DNA of 63,777 bases, filler included, from Saprolegnia diclina VS20 (taxonomy: Eukaryota), in assembly GCF_000281045.1 (NCBI RefSeq). It is 5 parts of 2 records of this genome, joined end to end, with 100 filler letters (N's around TTAATTAATTAA, not from the genome) between each part and the next. Parts side by side here need not be neighbours in the genome. Positions count along the whole stretch, not along the records: positions 39,731 to 61,036 come from NW_008246106.1; 4 more parts are not named here. One strand, given 5' to 3'. Position numbers and translations under genes: made by a program. Of this stretch, positions 48,390-58,256 are shown piece after piece. A model generated the notes under the pieces. It searched no databases and was not told the DNA's origin. It was given only the letters and a program-made list of their open reading frames with translations. How positions within the stretch are numbered: position 1 is the first letter of the stretch; every line of letters starts with the position of its first letter.

Positions 48390-50426
48390 ATGCCGAGGGT
48401 CCCAGCTACGAGCCGAGAGGAGCCTGTCACTACCTACAAAGACGTACTGAGCTTGTTGCGCCCCGTCAGCGTTGAGGCCGCGACTGGGGCGTATACCCCA
48501 TTGCCCAAGCTCATGCTCGCTGGCATGGCTGAGCCGCTCGAGGTCCCGCCGAGCCCGCAGACGCTACGCAGCGTCGCCGCGCGCTACATTGGCGCATCTC
48601 AAGCGGCCATCGTTCCCGCCTGTGATGTCAATATCCTGGGCGACTGGGAGCGAGTGCTACATCGCCATCTCTACTCGACCATCGAGGGCATCCGACATGA
48701 CGACCGCCTCGCGCTCTCCCATCTCAGTATCGACCCGCAGCACGAGACCTCGAGCTTGTCGCCGCGCTGTCGCTGCGACAATGCGATTGCAACGCTCGTC
48801 GTGTTGCTGGCAACACCCAACGTCCGCGCCCTGAATCTGAACATGATGCAAAATGGCCAGATCACGCATGCTTGGCGTGGCAAGTACACCATCGGGTCCC
48901 AGTACGCCTTGATGCCCCCAGGCACGTCGCTTGTCGGTCACGCCACCAAACTACGCGGCGCGCCGCCGCGGGTCGCGCTTGTGTTTTATGTCGTGCGGTC
49001 CGTGATACCGACTGCGGTCGGGCTTCGGCGCCACGTGGCGTTGCGGCTGCACGCGCTGGCGGCATCGGACAACTACGGAGTTCTGAACGGCGTGCAGGTG
49101 CACCGCTGTGGCCGCCATGCGACGCCCGATTGGCGTGCGCTCGAGCCATTTCATACGGCGTTTCTCGACGCGCTTCTCGACGCTGGCTGCTATGACGTCG
49201 GTCTCGCAGTGTACTCACCAATGACGGGGATCGAGCGTCTGTTGTTGCAGTCACCGGTGCCGGTCCCAATCACTCTCGTGGGCGCCAAATGCACCGAGTA
49301 CGTCGAGATCGACGACGACTCGTGGCCATGCTACGGCTTTTGCGTCGCCATGATCTTTTGGCCCAAGCGACACCTCGTCAATGTCATGGGTGGCGCAGCG
49401 TTTGCATCGGCCATGCGCTCGCTACCGGCTGCATGCGCTCGGATGTATGTGACCGAAGCTGCCAGCGTCTTTGCCACCAAGTGTATGAGGACGCACGCAG
49501 CCGGTGGTGACCAGCGTCAACTGACCGCCGATCACGACGCGATGCTCCAGCTGTTACAAGATAATGGCGACGTTGACTGCGTTCATCGCTTTCTAAGACA
49601 CTGCGCGACGGTGACCGCGACGTGTCCACTGCCGCTGCTAGCCCCGTGGATCCAGCACCAGCTCGCCAAGTATGGGTGGGAGCCGCTGGCCAACGCTCTG
49701 GACAGCCTGGTGTCTCGGTGGTGCTCGAATGAGAGTGTCAAACATGCGGCGTCGCTGGTCGCGTCACTCGCTGGTGCCACCGATGCCCCCGTGTGCGCGC
49801 CGCTAGTTCAGCCGTTCGTATTCGAGTGCATTCAGCGGCTGTGGGCGACCGTGGTGACGGGTCTCGTCCAGCTGCGCACCTTGGAGTCGCGACGCCAAGA
49901 CGCGCTCCAACGGCTACTCATCGACGCACTGTACCTTGAACACTACTGTGATGACCGCGCCGACACCGATCGATGGCTTCAGACACGCCTGCCGCCGTTC
50001 ACGATCCGTCTCGTCGACGCTTTTGTCTGGCAACCGACCAAGTCGGTCGCCGAGATTTTTGCTCGACTCGCAAGACGTGCACCATGTCGTCTGCTCGTGC
50101 TGCTACCCGAGGCGTTGACAACAGCATTCCAGCACAACTCGGGTATTCACATCTCGCCGCTTGTCACGTGTATTCTGGACGGTCTCGATGCCAACAAGCA
50201 CGTCGAAGTGCCAACGACGTCGCTCACGAGCTTGCGCTGGCTCTTGGAGCAAAATGCGACCCGAAGCCGCATCGACGAAGCTTATCTCGAAGGCTGCTGG
50301 CGTCGGGAGGACGTTCGCTCATCGAGTGATGACAGCGGTGCATCGTCTTTTGGCAGTGATGATGATTCGAGCAGTGACGGCGACTTGAGTAATGACGACG
50401 ACTTGAGCATCGTGTGGGGCGTCTAG
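48390..50426 (+). CDS. Uncharacterised protein with a degenerate 2OG-Fe(II) oxygenase-like N-terminal region (paralog 1)
   Basis: Intronless ORF of about 678 aa. LSHLSID..IATLVVLL..PRVALVF..YDVGLA..FWPKRHL..KYGW.PL..WC..AASLVASLAG..PVCAPL.Q is shared with 55621-57387 and 58257-60374. The fold assignment is inference. Confidence 0.7.
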   Translation: MPRVPATSREEPVTTYKDVLSLLRPVSVEAATGAYTPLPKLMLAGMAEPLEVPPSPQTLRSVAARYIGASQAAIVPACDVNILGDWERVLHRHLYSTIEGIRHDDRLALSHLSIDPQHETSSLSPRCRCDNAIATLVVLLATPNVRALNLNMMQNGQITHAWRGKYTIGSQYALMPPGTSLVGHATKLRGAPPRVALVFYVVRSVIPTAVGLRRHVALRLHALAASDNYGVLNGVQVHRCGRHATPDWRALEPFHTAFLDALLDAGCYDVGLAVYSPMTGIERLLLQSPVPVPITLVGAKCTEYVEIDDDSWPCYGFCVAMIFWPKRHLVNVMGGAAFASAMRSLPAACARMYVTEAASVFATKCMRTHAAGGDQRQLTADHDAMLQLLQDNGDVDCVHRFLRHCATVTATCPLPLLAPWIQHQLAKYGWEPLANALDSLVSRWCSNESVKHAASLVASLAGATDAPVCAPLVQPFVFECIQRLWATVVTGLVQLRTLESRRQDALQRLLIDALYLEHYCDDRADTDRWLQTRLPPFTIRLVDAFVWQPTKSVAEIFARLARRAPCRLLVLLPEALTTAFQHNSGIHISPLVTCILDGLDANKHVEVPTTSLTSLRWLLEQNATRSRIDEAYLEGCWRREDVRSSSDDSGASSFGSDDDSSSDGDLSNDDDLSIVWGV

Positions 50427-50689
50427 GGAAGCCAGGCAGTATCTTCACATCTACGTTTTTCAACATATATACTCGAGATCTTTTTGCACACCAGCACTGG
50501 TATCTCCATTTCAGTGATGGTGCGGACCATAGCAACCGCCCCATGGCCAGCTGGTCGCGCCGGCACCTTGTCGCGCTCCCGTCTCTGCTTACCTCTACCC
50601 TCAAACAGTATAGAATCTCTATTTAACGAGACAAGCCGCTTCAACAACCACACCATGGACTGCAATCAAGCTTCTCCCTGAGCACAAGG

Positions 50690-50810
50690 TTTTTACTAGC
50701 AAAACGATAGGCCGAGCAGTTGGTCTATCGATGGCTTTGCCGCGAGGTCGTCTCCAGCGCCAGTTGCCGGAGCAGCTCGCGCCGAGCAACGCTGCCGTCT
50801 TGGTTGGGGA
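50690..50810 (-). pseudogene. Decayed second copy of the SF3A2-like gene
   Basis: 50741-50806 aligns at nucleotide level to 48151-48216 (tctccagcgccagt.gccggagc.gctcgcgccg.gc.acg.tg.cgtcttggttgg). It reads NQDGSVARRELLRQLALET, then frameshifts to DLAAKP. Confidence 0.75.
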
Positions 50811-50919
50811 TAGTGACGACGAAGACACATGACAGTAGCGACGACGGCGATGACGATGGTCAAAACGATGACAGCGATGATGACGATCAAGGCGATGATG
50901 ACGTTAAAGTGGACGGAGA

Positions 50920-51250
50920 TGACGAGGAAGCTGTCACCTACAGCGACGTTGCCCGGCTGGTTCTGGCTTCTTCTACACGTTTGACTATGACAACTTGGTC
51001 GTCTTTGCCCAGCGTTTATTGACTAGCGTACCCGCCGCCACGACACGTTGGCGACTCGCTCAAATGGTTGTCACGCCACTGCTCCAGAGGGTCCCGCTGC
51101 GGTTTCCATTGGCTTTGGCAACGCTCGAGGTGCTCCAGGACGCGTCTGCCCGCTTCACCAAGCAGCAGCGCGGGCCAGCCACGTAGTCAAAAGGCGGTAG
51201 TTCTATATCACTATCAAATATTGCTAGACATGTTGTACACATTTGCACAG
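50920..51250 (+). pseudogene. Decayed 5' fragment of another 2OG-oxygenase-like paralog
   Basis: EEAVTYSDVARLV resembles EEPVTTYKDVLSLL at the start of 48390-50426. Downstream QMVV..LRFPLA..ARF resembles KIVV..LSLPLS..ATRY of paralog 3. Interrupted by stops. Confidence 0.45.
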
Positions 51251-51402
51251 GCAACCGTATTGATTGCCATCGAGCCAAGAGCGGTGTTTTTAGCCTCGAC
51301 AGATTATTGGGTAAAAGCCAGCGCTTTATAGCCAATCCGGAGCGGCCTGCCGCTAGGAACCAATGATCTCCATTTTCAGGAAGCGAACCAAGGAGGCGCA
51401 AG

Positions 51403-54400
51403 ATGAGCCATGTCATGTGGACCTTCGACGCTGAGAACATTGCGACGAAGCGCGGCCGCGTGAAGCGCGTGGTCAAGGAGCGCTACCTGCGCGATGACAT
51501 CGCCTGCGGCCTCGGCAACTGCGGCCTCTGCCAGACTCGCGAGGACGTCCAGGTCGTCTCAGCGCTCTCGGGCCGTGCCAAGCAGTTTCTGCTTCTGACG
51601 TCTGACGTCGTGCTGTCGCAGATGGACGTGCTCGAGCACGCGGCCGTGAAGGAGCTCCAGGACGTCATCATCCTCGAGACCGTGGCCGAGGCGGTCAAGG
51701 CCAAGGACCTCGCGATCTACCGCCGCCTCCGCGCGCTCATCAAGTCGGACCGCAACTTTGTCGTCTTTGCCAACGACCACCACCGCGATACGTATGTGGC
51801 CAAGCAGGCCGACGAGACCAACGTCGCGCGCGACGTCCGCGCCATGTGCAAGGGCCATGCATGGTATTCCACCACGATCTTGCCTTGCAGCTCAGCGCGT
51901 CTAGGTACACGGAACACATGCACTCGAACGACGCCAAGATCCCGATCGTGTACATTGCAAACGACGACGCCGACGCCGAGCAGGCCTCGGCCCAAGGTGT
52001 TGCAGCGACGACGATTGCAGCATTCATCCAGCCGCTCCTGGTGACGTACCCGGACCTTGCCGACTTGATGGCGCAGTCGACGCACGTCTCGGAGAGCGCC
52101 AAGGCCGCGCGCACGACCTTGTACGAAGAGCACAAGAGCATGTCCGAGGTGCTCGCTGGCATCAAGAACAAGCGCTTCTTCCAGGGCACGCTGCGCTGCA
52201 ACCGCGACCACTGGTAGACTCGCTGTCTCCATCTCCTGGCGTCTCATGCACGCGTTCATAGGATGGAATGCAGCGTCCTGATCCACGGCCTCAACGACTC
52301 GCGTGTGCCTGTGCTCATCTCGGGGTAGGCGCCTTTGCCGACCCTAGCCCTCGATTACCCTCTTATGCGTCATAACTAGGCACGACTCCATCAACCGCGC
52401 CATGGACGGTGATGTCGTCGCGATCGAGCTCCTCCCCAAGCACCTGTGGAAGAAGCCGTCCGAGTCGTTCAACGTGCACAGCGAAAAGGCCGACGACGAG
52501 GACACGGCCCGTGCGACCGAAGCCCCTGAGGTTGGCTCTCGCCATTCTCCTATGGTAGGTATATAACTGTGTATGTTGCACTGTAGATTGGCGTGGCCGA
52601 GCCGACCTTGTCGACGACCGCGATCGCGGACGGCGACGAGCTCAAGCCGTGCGGCCGCGTGGTCGGCATCATCCAGCGCAACTGGCGGCGCTACTGCGGG
52701 TCCATCGAGCCGCCGCGCGACCCGAAGATCCCGCTCGGTACCAACTGCCTCTTTGTGCCGGTCGACCGCAAGGTGCCCAAGATTCGCATCGCGACGCGGG
52801 TATGTTCCTGTCGAATTTCCGGATTTTTACGATTTTTTACGATTTTTTACGATTTTTACGATTTTTGGATGATGTAGCAAGCCGAGACGCTGCTCGACAA
52901 GCGTATTGTTGTCAGCATCGACTCGTGGCCTGTCGACAGCCGGTTTCCCGTCGGTCACTACGTTCGCACGCTGGGCACGATCGGCGACAAGGAGACCGAG
53001 ACCAAGGTGCTTCTTCTCGAGCACGACATTCCTTGTACAATATTCTTGCAGTCTACAGAAAAGGGCTATAAAACGATATGGTGTAGGCGAGGCGTTCTCA
53101 GACAAGGTGCTCAAGTGCCTTCCGCCCGCCGACTGGACGATCACGCCCGAGAACTCCAAGGGCCGCACCGACTTGCGCCACCTGCCGGTCATGAGTATCG
53201 ACCCGCCCAACTGCAAAGGTATTTGATGAGATTGCTCAATCGTATCTGGTGACGCATTCCAATATATCTAGATATCGATGACGCGCTGCACGTGCGGCCG
53301 CTGCCCAATGGCAACGTCGAGATTGGTGTCCATATCGCCGACGTCACGCACTTTGTCGAAGCCGGTTCGGCGCTCGATCTCGAAGCGGCCGACCGCGGGA
53401 CGTCGACGTACCTCGTCGACAAGCGTCTCGACATGTTGCCGGGGTACCTCACGACGCAGCTCTGTTCGCTTACCGACGTCGAAGACCATTTTGCGTTTAC
53501 GGTGCTTTGGGAAGTACGCATCGACGCCAACGAAGTGCATGTGATTGACGTCAAATTCTGCAAGTCGATCATCCGGTCGATCGCGTCGCTCTCGTACGGC
53601 GAAGCCCAAGTGCTCTTGGACGACCCGAGTGCCGGGGCGTCGTTCGCACTCAAGCCGCCGGCCAAGCCGATCACGGAGAAGAAGAAGATTATGGGGGCCG
53701 CCATCAAGACGATGCACGACATTGCGCTGCGCTTGAAGGCCAAGCGCATCAACGCCGGCGCGCTCACGCTGGCGTCGCCCGAAGTCCGCTTTGTGCTCGA
53801 TACCGAGACGCAGAACCCGCTCGACGTGCAAATGTACGCGCTCAAGGACACGAACGCGCTCGTGGAAGAGTTTATGCTGCTCGCCAACATTACGGTCGCC
53901 AAGAAGATTTTGCGCTCGTTCCCAACATTTGCGATGCTGCGCCGGCACCCGGCCCCGTCCAAGCGCCAGTTTGATGCGATCGTGTCGCAGGCCAAGGCCG
54001 TCGGCGTCACGCTCCGCGTCGACAACTCCAAGCAGCTCCAAGGTCCGCGTTCATATAGGCTGGAGACCAGTGTCTGATGCAACATGCGGTGTAGAGAGTC
54101 TGGACAGCACGGCGGCCATCCGCGACGACAACCCGTATTTCAACAAGATGCTCCGCATTCTCTGCACGCGCTGCATGATGCCGGCGAGTTACTTCAGCTC
54201 AGGCGAAGTCAGCGTCGAAGAGTACCACCATTACGGTCTCGCCGCGCCGATCTACACGCATTTTACGTCGCCGATTCGTCGGTACGTCACCGCGTCTTTT
54301 GTTTGGGACCTCTGACATGACGCTGCTCCTAGGTACGCGGATGTGGTCGTGCACCGGCTGCTGGCGGCGGCCATTGGCGTCGCGCCGCTGCCCGAGTACC

Positions 54401-54907
54401 TTGAAAACAAGAGTAGCTCTCCGATTTGGAGCGGATCGACCGACTCATGCTCGTGTGATGGTAGCGCACCTCCAAGACCTCGCGGGCAACTTGAACAAGC
54501 GCCACTTGTCGGCGCAGCTCGCAGGCCGCGCCAGCGTGAGCCTCCACACGCTGCTCTACTTTGCCAACAACCCGACGGTGACCGACGCCATGGTCAACAA
54601 GGTGCGCGCCAACGGCATTGGCGTGCTCCTCCCGCGCTTTGGCATTGAAGGCATGGTGCTGCTCTGCGAGAAGGGCAAGGAAGCTGTGACGCTCAAGCAC
54701 GACCCGAAGCAACACGCGCTGACCGTGCTCTCGACCAAGCGCCACCTCAAGGTCTTCCAGAAGGTCCAAGTCAAGGTGTTTGTCGAGCTCACGTTTGGGA
54801 ACCGCCAGCAACTCAAGTTTGAGCTCATGCCGGAGACCAAGAAGACGCCGTCGACGGGCGCCGTGCCCGCGGCCAAGCGCGCCAAGACAACCACGACGAC
54901 CAAGTAA
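51403..54907 (+). CDS. DIS3: Exosome catalytic subunit DIS3/RRP44 family (CR3-PIN-CSD-RNB-S1), multi-exon
   Basis: [99 protein letters not shown]. Confidence 0.96.
52822..52868 (+). repeat. Intronic 9-10 bp tandem repeat (GATTTTT(T)AC) x about 5
   Basis: gatttttac gattttttac gattttttac gatttttac gattttt inside a DIS3 intron. Confidence 0.85.
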
Positions 54908-55620
54908 CCTTAGATATACTTTACAACATCAAAGCCATAACTTTTATAGCTAACCTGGTATCCCGGTCAGCAACGCTCGGTCCTGGCTTCATTGCTGGCT
55001 GGCCACAGACAATCGCGCAGAGCTTCGTGATGCGCCGAAGGTTCTTGAGCGTTGTTTGGTTCGTCGGAAATCGCAGCAGTAGTTATTGAAGGCAGCCGAG
55101 ATGGCGCTTGGACGGCCGATCATGCGACGGGCAAGCGAGTACTAGGGAGCGCACCGACCGCCTTGCCGTCCTCTCAAATCGTGCCGAAGGCGAGCGCTTC
55201 AAATACCGGAGGCGCAAAGGTTGTCGTGAAGTGGTCGTCGCCGTGGACGCTATGTGTGGGGTTCCGGGTATATTTGACTCTGTTTATCTTCGCACAGCAT
55301 ACTGCCTATACTGCGTTTCTATTCCCTACAGCCTACAGTTGTACTGGGGCACGCCACGACCGTCATTGGGATGTGCAGACCACATCACCACAAGGTGGCC
55401 CATGGAGCATCGTCATCGCTGTTGAACCCTATCGTCTGCACACCGAGGCTGGTGGTAGACAAGTGCTAAAGAGAAGGCGACATGAAGAGTGACTAAATTC
55501 GTACGTGCTACAAGAAGCTAAGCTAGATCTACTCGGAGAGGCGATGCCGCTGAGCTTCAACTTGAACTGCAAGCACTCGGTGCAGAGCTGCAAGCACGTG
55601 CCGTGTCGAGGTCATGGGCA

Positions 55621-57387
55621 TTAGCCACGACAATCTTCGTCATTCTCATCATCATGCTCGTCTTCATGACCGTCTGCATGATCGTCTTCATGATCAACTT
55701 CATCTTGAACATCTTGTACATCCTTGTCGTCTTCATGATCAACTTCGTCTTGAACATCTTGTACATCATTGTCGTCTTCATGATCCAAAATAACTTCATC
55801 TTGAACATCTTGTACATCATTGTCGTTGCAGTAGGCATGAAGGTACACAGTGTCTTTGATGATCCGTTGGACTTCGACTTCGAGTCGCGCTTCCGATGGA
55901 CTCAGACGAACAAGCATGCGCTCCTGCGGCCATAGAAGCTGAATGAACTTGTGGGTACCCGGCTGAACCAGCGGCGCACACACGGGGGCATTGGTGACAC
56001 CTGCGAGCGACGCGACAAGCGACGCTGCCCACCCAACGCGGTTGTGGGAGCACCAATGAGAGACAAGATCATTCACAGCGCCAAAGAGCGACTCCCATGA
56101 ATACTGGGCGAGTACAGAGTGTAACCACGGCGCCAGACGAGTATAAGTAAGAGGGCATGAAGGATCAAGATTGACCCATTGCCGTACGAAGCGATCGATG
56201 ACGTCGAGAGCGTGGAGATCTTGCCGAAATTGAAGCATCACCTCGTGGTCGAGACGCCATGGACCAAGATGACCGGCACGTAAGGCCATCAAACACATCG
56301 ACGTCGCAAACGCAGCATTGCTCATGACGTCGACGAGGTGCTGCTTGCGCCAAAAGACAAGGACGACGACGACACCGCCGTACGGTTGCTCGTTGTCGTC
56401 GGTAAGAACATATTCGTCCAAGACCACGTTCAAAAAGTCGCGTTGCTTCACCGGGGACGACTGCTCATGCATCCCGAGGAGCTGGATGCCAGTCTCTTGC
56501 GAGTACTCGGCGAGACCGATGTCGTAGCAGTTGGAGCCCAAGAGAGCGTCGAGAAACGCGCGGAGGAGCACTGGGAGCGCCTCCAAATCGGGCAACTGAT
56601 CGCGGCGTCCCACTTGGATACCGCTGCGGTTGCCGAGGGCACTTATAGGTGCGAGTTTCTCGAGATACAGAGCCCCACGATCAATCATGGCAAGACCACG
56701 CGCCGTGTGAGCGCTCGACCTCACGACACGAAAGATCAGAGCCACCCGCGGAGGAGCACCTTGCGCCGGGACAGCGCTGGCGACGAGCGACGCTTCTGTG
56801 GGTACGAGAGCGTAATGCACGGCGTTCGTGTTTGCCTCGCGCCACGGCACCGCGACACCGGCTTGCACAAGCTTCAAGTTGATTTCGCGGGCGTCCATCG
56901 GTGCCAAAAGCACGACGAGGGTCGCGATCACATCTTTGCGGAGCGTACTAGTACTCGGTACTAAGCTCGAGGCGTCGTACAGCGAGTCAATGCTGAGGTG
57001 CGAGAGCTCGATGCCGTCGTTGGGGTCGATGCACTTGAGATCCGTCGACAGCTCGAAACACAGCGCGGGGGCCCAATTGTCGAGAAACACAAGAGAGTCA
57101 CCAGGGACGATGGTCGTTTGGCGCTCGTCACCGGTACCGTCGGCGAGCTCGGCGATCGCCGGTGGGCCCCGCATGGCGGCCAAGGCAGCCAGATTGACGA
57201 CTACGTTCCACGCAGCTGCGTGGCTTGGCGGCAAAGCGCTCTCGGTGTCGTCGTCGAGGCCGAGCTTGGGCACACGGTTAGTGTAGTAGAAGTTGGTCTT
57301 GAGGAGCGGTGGATCGTGCTGAGCGAGATCGCTCAAGTACGTCCAAGCCGCGCGGACGGGTTCGTCAGCGTCGTTGTTGAAGTTCAT
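55621..57387 (-). CDS. 2OG-Fe(II) oxygenase-like uncharacterised protein (paralog 2) with acidic repeat tail
   Basis: Same family motifs (LSHLSID, IATLVVLL, PRVALIF, YDIGLA, AASLVASLAG..PVCAPLVQ). The C-terminus is replaced by DVQDVQDEVDHEDD repeats. Confidence 0.7.
   Translation of the reverse strand: MNFNNDADEPVRAAWTYLSDLAQHDPPLLKTNFYYTNRVPKLGLDDDTESALPPSHAAAWNVVVNLAALAAMRGPPAIAELADGTGDERQTTIVPGDSLVFLDNWAPALCFELSTDLKCIDPNDGIELSHLSIDSLYDASSLVPSTSTLRKDVIATLVVLLAPMDAREINLKLVQAGVAVPWREANTNAVHYALVPTEASLVASAVPAQGAPPRVALIFRVVRSSAHTARGLAMIDRGALYLEKLAPISALGNRSGIQVGRRDQLPDLEALPVLLRAFLDALLGSNCYDIGLAEYSQETGIQLLGMHEQSSPVKQRDFLNVVLDEYVLTDDNEQPYGGVVVVLVFWRKQHLVDVMSNAAFATSMCLMALRAGHLGPWRLDHEVMLQFRQDLHALDVIDRFVRQWVNLDPSCPLTYTRLAPWLHSVLAQYSWESLFGAVNDLVSHWCSHNRVGWAASLVASLAGVTNAPVCAPLVQPGTHKFIQLLWPQERMLVRLSPSEARLEVEVQRIIKDTVYLHAYCNDNDVQDVQDEVILDHEDDNDVQDVQDEVDHEDDKDVQDVQDEVDHEDDHADGHEDEHDDENDEDCRG
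55640..55828 (-). repeat. 45-bp coding tandem repeat (3 copies plus degenerate flank)
   Basis: tcgtcttcatgatc..aacttc.tcttgaacatcttgtacatc recurs at about 55683, 55728 and 55773. Confidence 0.88.
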
Positions 57388-58256
57388 GTTGCTGCGTAGT
57401 ACAAAGCTCGTTTTGTACTGGCGTTGCCAACCGGAAGCTCGCGGTATCCACCGATCTGATTGGTGAACATGGGCGATTACGTCGCTCATGATTGGTCGAT
57501 ATTGGTATCTTTGACAAATATTCACGCAACTTTCCGATTAGGTGCGCTTGCGAAAGCGCGCGAAAATTGCAGCAAGCGACGACAGCGCGTTCTGGGAACC
57601 GCAGCGGAAATTCCTACAAATTGTAGCCAATCACAGGTCGAGAAACGAGAAAAGGGCGGTGTTTGGCAAATCAGTGCTGAGAACAATAAGCGCTTGGCGG
57701 CCAACTTGCACGCGAGTGAGCGCAGATAGCGGACGTATTCGACCGCTAGAGCTTTACGGTTGTGGCCACCCACCACATACCCACCGCAACGACGTCCGGA
57801 AGATGTACGAGAGCAACCTCAGCGAGATCAAGAAGTGGGTGCGCGAGGTCCACGGGTAGCCCCGACGCGTGAAGCCGTGCTCGTCCAAGGAAGCCACGGA
57901 CGCCGAGACGAGATGTGCGTGCCTTCGATAAGGTTAATGTAGTGGTATGTGAGAGTTGTGTGCCAAGTTTAATGCGTGTGAGTCAATAAGGCTGGGAGGC
58001 CATCGCCGTGAGGCCACAGTGGCTCGTGGCACCTGACGCCAACGAGTCGCACAGCGGTTATACCCGGCAACTGCGTTGTCGTTCAGGTGTTTCACACCAG
58101 ATTGCTGGCCGCTGCGTATGCACGTTTTTGTAACAAGGAAGAGCGCAAGACACATGTGTAAACCATACATATGTTTCTAGATATACATCTGCTTATAAAT
58201 ACATGTGTTCTGACATACACATACCTAAATACCCTATGGACCGATCGATAGCCTCT

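Noticed and set aside
55640..55828. Repeat array considered as CRISPR-like
   Set aside because: Head-to-tail coding repeats without unique spacers, in a eukaryotic context with no cas genes.
55603..55935. Hydrophobic repetitive plus-strand ORF resembling a membrane protein
   Set aside because: It is the antisense reading of the Asp/Glu/His-rich repeat of paralog 2.
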